DNA of 64,000 nt from Candidatus Hermodarchaeota archaeon. GTDB lineage: Archaea > Asgardarchaeota > Hermodarchaeia > Hermodarchaeales > Hermodarchaeaceae. Below, one piece after another: positions 48,987-58,685 of this stretch (positions within the stretch are counted from its first letter, which is position 1; each line of letters opens with the position of its first letter). Both the position numbers and the translations under genes were made by a program. The stretch covers positions 1-64,000 of the forward strand of contig JAEOTO010000015.1 in assembly GCA_016839805.1 (NCBI GenBank), in the 5' to 3' direction. Below the pieces are notes generated by a model, which was given only the letters and a program-made list of their open reading frames with translations, had not been told where the DNA came from and did not search any database.

Positions 48987-50261
48987 TTATTCGTAGCGTA
49001 AGGCTTTGACTGGGTCGAGTTTGGCGGCTTTTCGTGCAGGATAAATTGCGAAGATGACGCTAATGAGAACTGCAAAACAAATTGCGATAAAAATGGTTTC
49101 CAAGGGTAGAACGGGAACCAGCGTGAAGTTGCTGCTCCCACCAAATCCTCCAAATCCATTTCCGTCACCACCGACGAATCCGCCTGTCATTCCTCCGCTG
49201 AAGAGTAATGGCAGTGCTAAACCCATTCCATAGGCAAGTACCCAACCGATGATAATGCCAAAGATTCCTCCTATAATTCCAAGTAGAACAGCCTCAGAAA
49301 GAAATTGACTTAGGATGGTTCGGTCTTTTGCACCCAATGCTTTCATGATACCAATTTCTCGTGTCCGTTCCATGACTGACACTAACATGATATTCAGAAT
49401 GGAAATTCCCGCCACGAGTAAGGCAATTGAAGCTATAGCCAACAGAAAGACCTCCATGATATCAAATACACCCATGACTGTGTTAATGATGGCTGTTGGT
49501 ACAATCACCAAAACTTGATCTTCAAACGCAGTGCTTATTTCTTCAGCGATGGCATCTGCTTGAGTTGGATCTGCGATTCGAGCGAGAATCATATCGATGC
49601 TTTCAGAATTGAAGAGAGTCTGATAGGTATCTAAGGGAATAAAAACGGATCGATCAAAGGGTAACATCCCTGATGATCCTACTTCTTCGAGGACGCCACT
49701 TACAATGAAGGAAACGTTCACATAGACAAAGGTAAAACCAACACGGACTAGAATCTCGGTTGTGACATTGTCACCAACCGCAGCAATTGGGTCTTCAAGA
49801 TAGCCAATTATGCATGAATCATTGGACCCTGAATCCGGGAACCCGCCGTCTGCAAATCGTAATCGGTGTCCATAGGTTGCTTCAAGGTCTGTGAAATTAA
49901 GACCCACAATTCGGGTATCAAGTGTTCCGTCAGTTTCGTTGTATACGGTGGTTCCAGATTGTGAAAAGCCTAAGGTTGCTTCAACGCCCGTGATGTTCTG
50001 AATGACTACAGTATCGTTCATGTGAAGAGTGGTTAATCCGCCTCCACCAAGAATACCGCCGCCTGGTAAGACAGTTAGGATATCCATGTCAAGGCCTTGG
50101 GTAAGTTGATCAGTTATCTGGGCTTCAAAGCCTCCACTTAGCGCTGAGATCGAAACTACGGCCATTATGCCAACTACGATGCCTAGCGTGGTTAGTGCAG
50201 TGCGGGTTTTTCGACGCCGCATATTTGTCCATGATAGTCCTAGAATATTTCTGAATTTCAT
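48987..50261 (-). CDS. ABC transporter permease (MacB/FtsX family)
   Basis: RTALTTLGI, ERTREIGIMKALGA, PARKAAKLDPVKALRYE. Confidence 0.95.
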   Translation of the reverse strand: MKFRNILGLSWTNMRRRKTRTALTTLGIVVGIMAVVSISALSGGFEAQITDQLTQGLDMDILTVLPGGGILGGGGLTTLHMNDTVVIQNITGVEATLGFSQSGTTVYNETDGTLDTRIVGLNFTDLEATYGHRLRFADGGFPDSGSNDSCIIGYLEDPIAAVGDNVTTEILVRVGFTFVYVNVSFIVSGVLEEVGSSGMLPFDRSVFIPLDTYQTLFNSESIDMILARIADPTQADAIAEEISTAFEDQVLVIVPTAIINTVMGVFDIMEVFLLAIASIALLVAGISILNIMLVSVMERTREIGIMKALGAKDRTILSQFLSEAVLLGIIGGIFGIIIGWVLAYGMGLALPLLFSGGMTGGFVGGDGNGFGGFGGSSNFTLVPVLPLETIFIAICFAVLISVIFAIYPARKAAKLDPVKALRYE

Positions 50262-51046
50262 TGGACCAACTCCTCTCCTCCACCTTCTCGTTCACTTACA
50301 AATTCACCATCACGCATCTCAATGACGCGATCTGCTACGGTGGTGAGTCGGCGGTCATGACCGACTACGATGAATGTGAGCCCTTGGGTTTGATTGAGGT
50401 TACGAAGCAGCTGAATGATTTCAGCTCCTGTCTTGGTATCCAGATTGCCAGTGGGCTCATCTGCTAGAATAATTCGTGGATTGTTTGCCAGCGCTCGAGC
50501 AATAGCAACCCGTTGTTGTTCGCCACCACTTAGTTCGGAGGGTACATGGGTACGACGTTCACCGAGACCTACTCGCGTTAGTAATTCGCGTGCACGACCA
50601 TGGGCGTTTTCTGCTGGGACATCTGCAAACTTCAATGGTAATTCGACGTTTCCTTGGGCTGTGAGTTGAGGCATTAGGTTGAAGAACTGGAAGACAAAAC
50701 CTACGCGTCGTAATCGGACATCAGCTAACTGATTATGGTCTAAGGTGGATAGGTCTAATCCCTCGACATATGCCTTGCCTTCGGTTGGTTGGTCTAATGC
50801 ACCTAATAGGTGAAGCAGGGTTGATTTTCCACTGCCTGAAACACCTAATATTACTAGAAATTCACCGCGGCGAACTTGAAGGTCTACACCGCGAACTGCA
50901 TGAACCTCCACGCTACCCATTTGGTAAGTTTTTGATAGCTTTGAGGCTTCGATAATGAATTCTGATGTGCGGGATTGATAATCAAATAGTGAAGTTAATG
51001 TATCTTCGCTTTGGATGGGTTGTTCTCCGGTCATAGAATCCACCAT
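50258..51046 (-). CDS. ABC transporter ATP-binding protein (LolD/MacB-type)
   Basis: [25 protein letters not shown]. Confidence 0.96.
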   Translation of the reverse strand: MVDSMTGEQPIQSEDTLTSLFDYQSRTSEFIIEASKLSKTYQMGSVEVHAVRGVDLQVRRGEFLVILGVSGSGKSTLLHLLGALDQPTEGKAYVEGLDLSTLDHNQLADVRLRRVGFVFQFFNLMPQLTAQGNVELPLKFADVPAENAHGRARELLTRVGLGERRTHVPSELSGGEQQRVAIARALANNPRIILADEPTGNLDTKTGAEIIQLLRNLNQTQGLTFIVVGHDRRLTTVADRVIEMRDGEFVSEREGGGEELVQ

Positions 51047-51139
51047 ATTTATTTTTTGGGAGTTACTTCGCTTTTTTTATGACTCTAAAAGACATGAAAT
51101 TAACAAACATATATAAGCTTTAGGAATTCCTTATTTGTT

Positions 51140-51625
51140 ATGGCATTTCCCCCGTTCTACCAACGACCTAAAGGCGTACTCCTGCGCATATCAATTCTTT
51201 GGATGCTCTATGAGGAACCCATGCATGGCTACCAACTCATGAAACGCATTGAGGAACAGACAGGCGGAGCCTGGGTACCATCTCACTCACTTCTCTATAA
51301 TACGCTTGGGGATCTTGAAAAGCAAGGTCTCATCACCAGTCAAAAGGATTACAAAGGCGAAGTGGAACGAACTATCTACACTGTCACAGATAATGGAAAA
51401 GCCCATTTTGATGAAGAAGTAAGACAGATTGTTCGAATGTTTTCCCAAATGATGGGTGCCGCTGCTAAACAACCCTTTCCGCGCATGCCACGAATTTTTC
51501 TAGAACATTTGGATAATGAAGAACGTAAGACTCTTCTCATCCAAGTTCGGGATCGCTTGAAAGAGGCCCTTAGTGAAGTGGAAAAGGATCTTGCGGAACT
51601 AAGAGAAACGAATGAAATTACTTAG
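51140..51625 (+). CDS. PadR family transcriptional regulator
   Basis: PMHGYQLM, LYNTLxxLE, YTVTDNG; divergent from the ABC operon. Confidence 0.92.
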   Translation: MAFPPFYQRPKGVLLRISILWMLYEEPMHGYQLMKRIEEQTGGAWVPSHSLLYNTLGDLEKQGLITSQKDYKGEVERTIYTVTDNGKAHFDEEVRQIVRMFSQMMGAAAKQPFPRMPRIFLEHLDNEERKTLLIQVRDRLKEALSEVEKDLAELRETNEIT

Positions 51626-51668
51626 GATTTTAATAGCCCCACTTCCCCTTACAATTTGAGTGGTTTAA

Positions 51669-52328
51669 TTGACTGTTAAAATCAAATGGTTAGATCATGC
51701 CAGTTTCCAGATTCGATCCGAATCGAGCGTTATCTATGTTGATCTCGCAGAGGAAGCTGAACCCGCTGAAAATGCAGACATTATCCTCGTTAGCCACATT
51801 CATGGAGATCATTGCGATCCTAAAATCATTAAGAAGGCTCGAAAAGAGGACACAGTTGTTATTGCTCCTGCTAATTGTTCATCGAAAATTGGTGGCGCGG
51901 TGACTTCATTGAAACCTGGAGAAAAAACAACTGTTAGTGACGTAACTGTCAAGGCCGTGGAAGCCTATAATTTCAAACGGTTTCGTTCCCCAGGTAATCC
52001 GTTCCATCCCAAAGGATTAGGAGTAGGTTACATCATTACACTGGAGGGCAAAACTATCTACCATGCAGGAGACACGGATTTCATCGAAGAAATGAAACAA
52101 CTCGGTCCCATTGATGTTGCATTGTTACCTATAGGTGGTAAATACACAATGGAGGTTGAGGACGGTGCAGAAGCAGCGATTGCGATTAATCCGAAAGTGG
52201 TGATTCCTCATCATCACTGGGAGGGAAAATTCGGACAGACGCCTGACGCATTCAAAAAGAGGGTCGAAGCTACTTCTGATGTCAGTGTAGTCGTGCTTGC
52301 GCAGAATGGCGAATTTCAACTCTCCTAA
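51669..52328 (+). CDS. MBL-fold metallo-hydrolase
   Basis: SHIHGDH, YHAGDT, LPIGGKYTM, IPHH. Confidence 0.93.
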   Translation: MTVKIKWLDHASFQIRSESSVIYVDLAEEAEPAENADIILVSHIHGDHCDPKIIKKARKEDTVVIAPANCSSKIGGAVTSLKPGEKTTVSDVTVKAVEAYNFKRFRSPGNPFHPKGLGVGYIITLEGKTIYHAGDTDFIEEMKQLGPIDVALLPIGGKYTMEVEDGAEAAIAINPKVVIPHHHWEGKFGQTPDAFKKRVEATSDVSVVVLAQNGEFQLS

Positions 52329-52392
52329 ATGTCAAGAATAATAATTCATCCATAAGAGATACTAGCTCAGTTATTGTGCGATGAGATAGATT

Positions 52393-53172
52393 ATGCCATT
52401 GAAAGTTCAACCACTATCGAAATCTACAAAAGAAGTTGAAGATTTCCTTCGCAAAGACCTTCCATTTAATGGTCTACCTCTTTATGATTTGACAATAGCA
52501 AGGAATCAGTGCGAGTGGTTCACTGCGCATGACAAGAATCGCCTGGTTGGTTGTCTAATCGTTTTCAAAGGAGGACGGGGTATGTATAGTTTCTTCACCC
52601 GAGGAGACCTCAAAGCTGTTAAACTGCTAGTCTCCCTCCTCCCATATTCCTCGATTTTTGCCATCGTTCCACAAGATCACCGGGTACTAGTCGAAGAACA
52701 TTACCAATTCCTAACGATTGGAAAATTTCTCCTAATGGACCTTACTGAAAACCAGTATCGGAAGCCTGAAACCCATCCAACCGAACGGCTAACACTAAGA
52801 AATCTTGAGGAAGTCAATGATTTCTACCTTACAACGAATGCCGGTGCCTGGAATCCCACACAACTGGAAATAGGGTCATTTCATGGCATTCGAGTGAGTG
52901 AAAAATTAGTGTCCATCTGTGGCACAATTGGTGTCTATCAAAAAAAGCCAGGGGTTTCTGTAATCGGTAATCTAGTTACTAAGCCAAAATTCGAGGGACA
53001 TGGCTTCGGTACAAGTGTCTTATGTGGTGTAATTGATGATCTCTTCAAGAACTATCAACACGTTACCCTCATGGTTGAATCCGATAATCATACCGCCCTT
53101 CGCATCTACGACCGTTTAGGATTTACACTTCATGCAACTCAAACTATTGGTGTATGCCAGCGACGAGTCTAG
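52393..53172 (+). CDS. GNAT acetyltransferase (C-terminal FR47-like domain)
   Basis: IGNLVT.P.FEGHGFG, ALRIYDRLGF. Confidence 0.88.
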   Translation: MPLKVQPLSKSTKEVEDFLRKDLPFNGLPLYDLTIARNQCEWFTAHDKNRLVGCLIVFKGGRGMYSFFTRGDLKAVKLLVSLLPYSSIFAIVPQDHRVLVEEHYQFLTIGKFLLMDLTENQYRKPETHPTERLTLRNLEEVNDFYLTTNAGAWNPTQLEIGSFHGIRVSEKLVSICGTIGVYQKKPGVSVIGNLVTKPKFEGHGFGTSVLCGVIDDLFKNYQHVTLMVESDNHTALRIYDRLGFTLHATQTIGVCQRRV

Positions 53173-53212
53173 TCTTTGAGAGGAAACATTTTTAATTTAG
53201 AAAGTTGAACTC

Positions 53213-53376
53213 GGTCTTGAGGCGTATCCGGTGAGGATGAATCTTCAGGATAAATAGGCCTTTTCGCCATGTGGACAGTGAGATTGGCGAATCTTTTTCA
53301 AAATCATCTTTTGGATGGAAAATGAGATGGAAAGACTGGACAGATAATCGTGTCTGAATGCGATTGGGTTAGTCCA
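53213..53376 (+). ncRNA. Candidate four-hairpin, GGA-rich small RNA
   Basis: TATA-like TTTTAA at about 53190; four abutting stem-loops; 7 GGA motifs. Confidence 0.4.
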
Positions 53377-53462
53377 ATTTATATTAATTAAATACTAATT
53401 CTTTTAGAAAACCTTTTATACTAAAGGTGCCTACCTCGAACCAAAACATAGGAGGCGTAACC

Positions 53463-54512
53463 ATGCCCCTTACCCAAGAGCCTATAGCAGAACTCACCAA
53501 CGTTGTCAGAATCTATACAAAACCCCTCCGACGCCCGAGAAAAGGCACTCTTCGCCGCTTTGTCGGATTCCTTAAGCGCGAGAAGCAAAAGATCCGAGCC
53601 TTAGACGGTGTGAGCTTCAAAATTCATCCAGGTGAATGTGTAGCCCTGCTAGGGCCAAATGGGGCTGGGAAATCCACCACCGTCAAACTACTCAGTGGCA
53701 TCTTACACCCCACTTCGGGTCAAGTACGTCTCTTCAATTCAGACCCCTATCACAACAGAATCGACTGTGCCATGCAATATGGAGTCGTATTCGGGCAACG
53801 TAGCCTCTTATGGACACATGTTCCGGTTCATGAAAGCCTGAAGTTATATCAGAAAATGTATAACATCCCGAAATCCATCTTCGAAGAACGACTCAAAGAA
53901 TTCACTGAAATCCTTGAAATCAAAGAACATCTTCCGACAGCTCCACGACGTCTTTCCTTAGGCGAACGAATGCGATGTGAAGTCATTGCAGCATTATTAC
54001 ATCAGCCCAAAGTGATCTTTCTTGATGAACCAACGGTTGGTCTAGATGTTGTAGCGAAAAAACGAATTCGGGATTTCATTCGCCGCATGAACCGAGAAGA
54101 AAAAGTTACTGTTCTCCTTTGTAGTCACAGCATGCGCGACGTTGAAGAACTTAGTGATCGCATCATTCTAATCTCTAAAGGTCACATCAAATTTGACGGA
54201 CCTAAACGCCGACTCAAACACCAATGGAGCAACGAACGCAAAATTCGAATCATCTATAAAAAACCAAACGTTGCTAACTGGCAAAACCAACTCGAGGGGA
54301 CTCCCGGGGTAATAAATATCCAAGCAGAAAATGGTCAAGTTAATCTTCGAATCAATCAAGATCAAGTCCATGTCAGTGATATCATGAAGAAGCTGATGGA
54401 CATGCTGATAGTTGATGATATCGAAGTTACTGAACCAAATCTCGAAGACATAATTCGCGAAATATTTGGCGACGAAGAACGCACCCTCAATCAACTGGCG
54501 GAGGTAACTTGA
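53463..54512 (+). CDS. ABC-2 type exporter ATP-binding protein
   Basis: GPNGAGKS, VVFGQRS, LSLGERMR, LDEPT; GGAGG RBS before ATG 53463. Confidence 0.95.
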   Translation: MPLTQEPIAELTNVVRIYTKPLRRPRKGTLRRFVGFLKREKQKIRALDGVSFKIHPGECVALLGPNGAGKSTTVKLLSGILHPTSGQVRLFNSDPYHNRIDCAMQYGVVFGQRSLLWTHVPVHESLKLYQKMYNIPKSIFEERLKEFTEILEIKEHLPTAPRRLSLGERMRCEVIAALLHQPKVIFLDEPTVGLDVVAKKRIRDFIRRMNREEKVTVLLCSHSMRDVEELSDRIILISKGHIKFDGPKRRLKHQWSNERKIRIIYKKPNVANWQNQLEGTPGVINIQAENGQVNLRINQDQVHVSDIMKKLMDMLIVDDIEVTEPNLEDIIREIFGDEERTLNQLAEVT

Positions 54513-55343
54513 ATGCGAACCCAAGATATACTTCGTCAACTAAAACTACTCCCTAGCTATCTACGGCTTTCCCTTCTTCGTACTGCAGAAGACAAAATCC
54601 AGCTTTGGGGAGCTTTCGCCACCTCGATAATAAGCATCGTATTGTATGTGTTCTTCTGGAATGTTATCACATACCAAATCCCAGTACTCACAGGTGTTGG
54701 ATGGGTAGTATGGGGTCGAGCGGAACTAACCTTCCTGATTGGTGTAACAGAAATTGCATGGGGGTTTGGTTCATTTGCATATATGGGGCTCTGGGAAGTA
54801 CACTGGTATATCACAGAGATTGGATTAGAAGAATTCCGGATTCGACCTGTAAGCTCTATCTACCAAATATTCGCTCAGAATTTTTGGGCAGGTGGACTGC
54901 TCCAAGTGGCTATAGGGGGAGCTATGCTTTTCCTCTCTACGATTACCTTCGGATTAGTAATAATTCCAATCAATTTGGTATTAGGGATTTTCGCCCTCCT
55001 TATTGGACAAGCAGCCTTGTACATCCTTTGGGGCTGTCTATGCTGTTTGGCCTTTTGGATAGGACGAAATCAGGGTTTACTCGAGGTCTCTGATGCCGTG
55101 GAAATGAATTTTGCCCGAATGCCAATAGACATCATGCCACTTGGTGTTCAGTATTTCCTCACTTTCATCTTACCAGTGATTTTCATCTCCACTATCCCAA
55201 CTATGATTATGTTAGGTCAATTACCTCTAGGGTTAATATTGGTCTATTTTGTGATTGCAGGTGTTCTCGTTTTAGTATGGAGCGTCGTATTCAGATCTCT
55301 CTGGGCAAAGGGGGTAAAACGGTACCAACCTGTTGGAGGCTGA
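54513..55343 (+). CDS. ABC-2 family permease (DUF990-like)
   Basis: 6 TM; RPVS, FARMP, TFILP. Confidence 0.88.
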   Translation: MRTQDILRQLKLLPSYLRLSLLRTAEDKIQLWGAFATSIISIVLYVFFWNVITYQIPVLTGVGWVVWGRAELTFLIGVTEIAWGFGSFAYMGLWEVHWYITEIGLEEFRIRPVSSIYQIFAQNFWAGGLLQVAIGGAMLFLSTITFGLVIIPINLVLGIFALLIGQAALYILWGCLCCLAFWIGRNQGLLEVSDAVEMNFARMPIDIMPLGVQYFLTFILPVIFISTIPTMIMLGQLPLGLILVYFVIAGVLVLVWSVVFRSLWAKGVKRYQPVGG

Positions 55344-55347
55344 GAAA

Positions 55348-56172
55348 ATGGCACAACGATCTCGACTTCGTAGTTATTTGGCAGTATCTGAAATCTCATT
55401 TCGAAATATGCGCCAGTATACCATAGAATTTCTAACTACCTTTGCGTACTTCCCCGCCCAATTAATCGCCCTATTCTTTGTCTATTCTATCGTTTACTTT
55501 CAAGCCCTGATTCTCAATGGTGTCACTGTAATTGGTGGGTTTACATTCCCCCAACTGATTAGTTATCTCTTCATTGCTATTATCATGTATCACGTTATCC
55601 CAGTTTATCGATTGAGTGGTGAAGTGGAAAAGGACATCGTCCGAGGTCCACTCATCTCTTATCTGGCAAAACCCATTGACTATGCAGGATTCAAATTCTT
55701 CGGAGAACTCCCCCGCACTCTTCTCTACCTCTTCTTCGGCGCTATTACCTATAGTATCACATTGATCTTCATACCACTCCCAATGCCATCCCTACTCAAC
55801 ATCCTCTTATTCATCCCCTTCTTCTATCTCGGTTATCTAATGGCCTTTCTACTCATATTTACGATGGCCTTGGCCGCCTTCTGGGTGAGTCACCAATGGT
55901 GGTTACGGCATCTGTTCAGCCTGTTAATGGCCATCATAGGCGGTGGACTAATTCCACTCAGCTTCTATCCACACACTATTCAACTCGTTCTGAGTATCCT
56001 TCCCTTCCAATACCTCTACTTTGTTCCCGCAATAATCTTTCAAGGCTACTACCTCCCTGAACTTCTAATACCACTCGCTGTACTTGGGGTATTTTGGCTT
56101 GTCATCGTTTATGGCCTATCGCGTCTAGTCTGGTATCGAGGACGCCACCAATATGAGGGTGCAGGGGGTTAA
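55348..56172 (+). CDS. ABC-2 family permease (DUF990-like)
   Basis: 6 TM; YLAKPID, GGLIPLSFYP, LPFQY, terminal GG. Confidence 0.88.
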   Translation: MAQRSRLRSYLAVSEISFRNMRQYTIEFLTTFAYFPAQLIALFFVYSIVYFQALILNGVTVIGGFTFPQLISYLFIAIIMYHVIPVYRLSGEVEKDIVRGPLISYLAKPIDYAGFKFFGELPRTLLYLFFGAITYSITLIFIPLPMPSLLNILLFIPFFYLGYLMAFLLIFTMALAAFWVSHQWWLRHLFSLLMAIIGGGLIPLSFYPHTIQLVLSILPFQYLYFVPAIIFQGYYLPELLIPLAVLGVFWLVIVYGLSRLVWYRGRHQYEGAGG

Positions 56173-56262
56173 AGACAAATTCAAAACCATATTGCAAATA
56201 ATGATGAATTGATAATTTAGATATCTAAAGGCAAATGAATATGATTGAACTCATAGCGAAAG

Positions 56263-57063
56263 ATGGGATTAAATATAACATCATACGACCACCATCGACT
56301 ACAGATGCCATTTCACCTTATTGACGGAAAACAACTGTTTTATCAGATTCAGGGTCAAGGATTACCCTTAGTCCTAATCCATAGTTCGATGCAAAGCCAC
56401 CGACAGTGGCAATACCAACAGAGCATAGCGAAGCAGGAACGACTCATTTTATTAGATTTGCCTGGGCATGGTCAATCCGAGCAATTGGATGGTGACGTTT
56501 CAGTAAAGCGTTTAACAAGCATTGTTGCCCAACTCATTCAAAAATTAGATTTCGATAAAATCATTTTTCTGGGACACTCCATCGGTGGAGCAATCGGACT
56601 TCAGTTTGCCCTTGATTATGCTGAACTTTTAGAGGGACTCATATTAGTTGGAACAGGAGCAAAAATGGGTGTGTTTCCAGCGATTTTGGAAGATATCCGA
56701 ACGCATTATCATGAGGGCATTGAACTTACCATTGGTCAGCTCGGATTTGGATCAACTGCGGACCCCAAGCTCGTCGAATTTGCAAAGCAAGAATGTTTTC
56801 ACTGTAATCCTAAGGTGGCCTACGATGATTTTAATGCCTGTAACAACTTTGACGTTCGACAGCGACTCAACCAAATACACATACCAACCCTAGTCATTGT
56901 AGGGGATGAAGACCAACTCACACCCTTGAAGTGGTCTCAATTCCTCGCGAACCAGATACCCAATGCTGACTTGGTGGTCATCGAAAGTGCAGGTCATATG
57001 GTGATGATGGAACAACCCGAGCAATTCAACAATGCTATCAAGTCATTTCTTCAGAAATTTTGA
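56263..57063 (+). CDS. Alpha/beta hydrolase
   Basis: DLPGHG, GHSIGG, GDED, AGH catalytic triad. Confidence 0.94.
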   Translation: MGLNITSYDHHRLQMPFHLIDGKQLFYQIQGQGLPLVLIHSSMQSHRQWQYQQSIAKQERLILLDLPGHGQSEQLDGDVSVKRLTSIVAQLIQKLDFDKIIFLGHSIGGAIGLQFALDYAELLEGLILVGTGAKMGVFPAILEDIRTHYHEGIELTIGQLGFGSTADPKLVEFAKQECFHCNPKVAYDDFNACNNFDVRQRLNQIHIPTLVIVGDEDQLTPLKWSQFLANQIPNADLVVIESAGHMVMMEQPEQFNNAIKSFLQKF

Positions 57064-57084
57064 GTATTTCATCGAATATTTCTG

Positions 57085-57246
57085 GATGCCGGTATAGGAG
57101 TCCTTATAGAGTTTCACTCCATATTGGGGCTGCTTCTCTTAGATGGGCGGAGATAACGAGAAGCTATTGGAAGTATGGTCGCATTGGCGGGATTGTCACA
57201 TGCCACCCAGCTGTTGACGATTCTTCTAGTCTCCGCCCCCCGCCAT
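57085..57246. ncRNA. Candidate pseudoknotted / kissing-loop RNA
   Basis: GC-rich interlocking helices 57132-38/57158-64, 57145-53/57230-38, 57185-91/57239-45. Confidence 0.4.
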
Positions 57247-57316
57247 TTTCTATAATCTGTAAATTTTTCTAAATCTTATTGTAAATGGTTAACAAAATTC
57301 CATTGAAGGGATTAAT

Positions 57317-58141
57317 GTGCCTGAACTTCCTGATATCCTTCTGCTAGCAGAAAGCATGAACAAAGCATTAGTTGAAAAGATAATTTTCGATTCCAAGGTG
57401 AACCAGCCCAAAGTCTTGAACTATTCTAAATCCACATTTCAAAAGCGTGTTAAAGGACGTTGTTTTCAGGGGTTTCGTCAACGAGGGAAATGGGTGATTA
57501 GTTATTTAGATAATAAATGGATGATTGCATTCAATTTGGGGATGGGGGGTGAACTTCGACTTCATTGGTCCGTTGAGACACCAGATCCAAAACGAGAAAG
57601 AATCATCTTCTTCTTCGAAAACGGTGATCAACTCTGGGTGCATTTTTGGTGGTTTGGACATGTTCACCTCATTAAACCCGGAAATGAAGCAAAACACGCA
57701 CAATTAGGTACACTTGGTATTGAACCACTTAGTGATGCATTTACATCAGAGGTTCTCGCTTCGATACTTCAAAACAAAAAGGGGCGCATCAAAAGTTACT
57801 TGCTGGACCAAAAGTTCATTGCAGGTATAGGTAATGTTTACGTCCAAGATATTCTCTGGTATGCTCGCCTTCACCCTAATCGTAAAGCCAATACACTCAA
57901 TCTAGTTGATATTGAACGCCTCCATGAAGCTATCCAGCACGTTCTTCAGGAGGGCATTCGTTGGGGTCCTGGTCCCGGAGAGCAAGATGTATGGGGGCAA
58001 CGAGGTCAGTGGGGAAAAAAACCAGGATGGCCACAAATAGCCTACAGGACAGGAAAATCCTGCCCTACATGTCAAACAGTCGTGGAAGAGGTACGGATCG
58101 GGAGTACCACGAGTTATATCTGTCCGCATTGTCAAAGCTAG
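57317..58141 (+). CDS. mutM: Fpg/Nei family DNA glycosylase/AP lyase (divergent)
   Basis: N-terminal PELP, RGK, LGM, LLDQ..IAGIGNVY (H2TH), C-terminal CxxC-CxxC finger. Confidence 0.9.
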   Translation: MPELPDILLLAESMNKALVEKIIFDSKVNQPKVLNYSKSTFQKRVKGRCFQGFRQRGKWVISYLDNKWMIAFNLGMGGELRLHWSVETPDPKRERIIFFFENGDQLWVHFWWFGHVHLIKPGNEAKHAQLGTLGIEPLSDAFTSEVLASILQNKKGRIKSYLLDQKFIAGIGNVYVQDILWYARLHPNRKANTLNLVDIERLHEAIQHVLQEGIRWGPGPGEQDVWGQRGQWGKKPGWPQIAYRTGKSCPTCQTVVEEVRIGSTTSYICPHCQS

Positions 58142-58164
58142 ACTCACATGCAGGTTTGATTTAT

Positions 58165-58617
58165 ATGACGAAAAAAGCAATTCAAGACCAGTGGTCTGAA
58201 CTTGACTCGATGTGTTGGGGTTGTGGAAGAAACAATAAAAATGGGTTGCAATTAAAGAGCTACTGGGAGGGGGATGAAACTGTTGCCACGTGGCATCCCC
58301 AACCATATCATTTAGCCTTTCCAGGAACCCTCTGTGGGGGAATTATCGCCAGCTTAATTGATTGCCACAGTACAAACACCGCTAACGCTGCAGCAAATAA
58401 AGAGGCAGAGAAAGAGTCTGGGTCAGATCCACCAAAGGGTTATGTTACAGGTTCATTGTTTGTGAAATACCTCAAACCAACTTCTGTGGACAAACCAGTC
58501 ATATTACGTGCCAAAGTCAAGGAACGTAAAGGACGAAAGATTACAGTGACATGTTCGCTTTACTCAGAAGGTATTGAAACGGCACAGGGTGAAGTAGTTG
58601 CCATACAATTTTTTTAG
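58165..58617 (+). CDS. PaaI/hotdog-fold thioesterase
   Basis: CWGCG..N..GL, GGIIASLIDCH, YLKPT; ATG 58165 (the upstream ORF extension overlaps fpg). Confidence 0.9.
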   Translation: MTKKAIQDQWSELDSMCWGCGRNNKNGLQLKSYWEGDETVATWHPQPYHLAFPGTLCGGIIASLIDCHSTNTANAAANKEAEKESGSDPPKGYVTGSLFVKYLKPTSVDKPVILRAKVKERKGRKITVTCSLYSEGIETAQGEVVAIQFF

Positions 58618-58685
58618 CTAGAATTTATGAATGAGCAAGGAATAATGAGGAACACAATTGGCAGAATCAGGCTGGTGATGAGCTT

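Noticed and set aside
53213-53340. FMN riboswitch
   Set aside because: Only scattered words match (GACAGT, TGGATGG); the GGTGAAATTCC core and spacing are missing
54510-54515. TGA readthrough fusing ABC ATPase and permease (TGA directly followed by in-frame ATG)
   Set aside because: GGAGG RBS precedes the ATG, and separate ATPase plus two permeases is the normal layout
57124-57245. tRNA or tRNA-Sec (ends in ...GCCA), or SRP RNA (GAAGCAGCC on minus strand)
   Set aside because: No matching acceptor stem, T-loop or anticodon arm; SRP helix-8 CAGG/GNRA partner is absent
57961-58164. N-terminal extension of the thioesterase ORF
   Set aside because: Overlaps the fpg 3' end in another frame; the hotdog domain begins at ATG 58165
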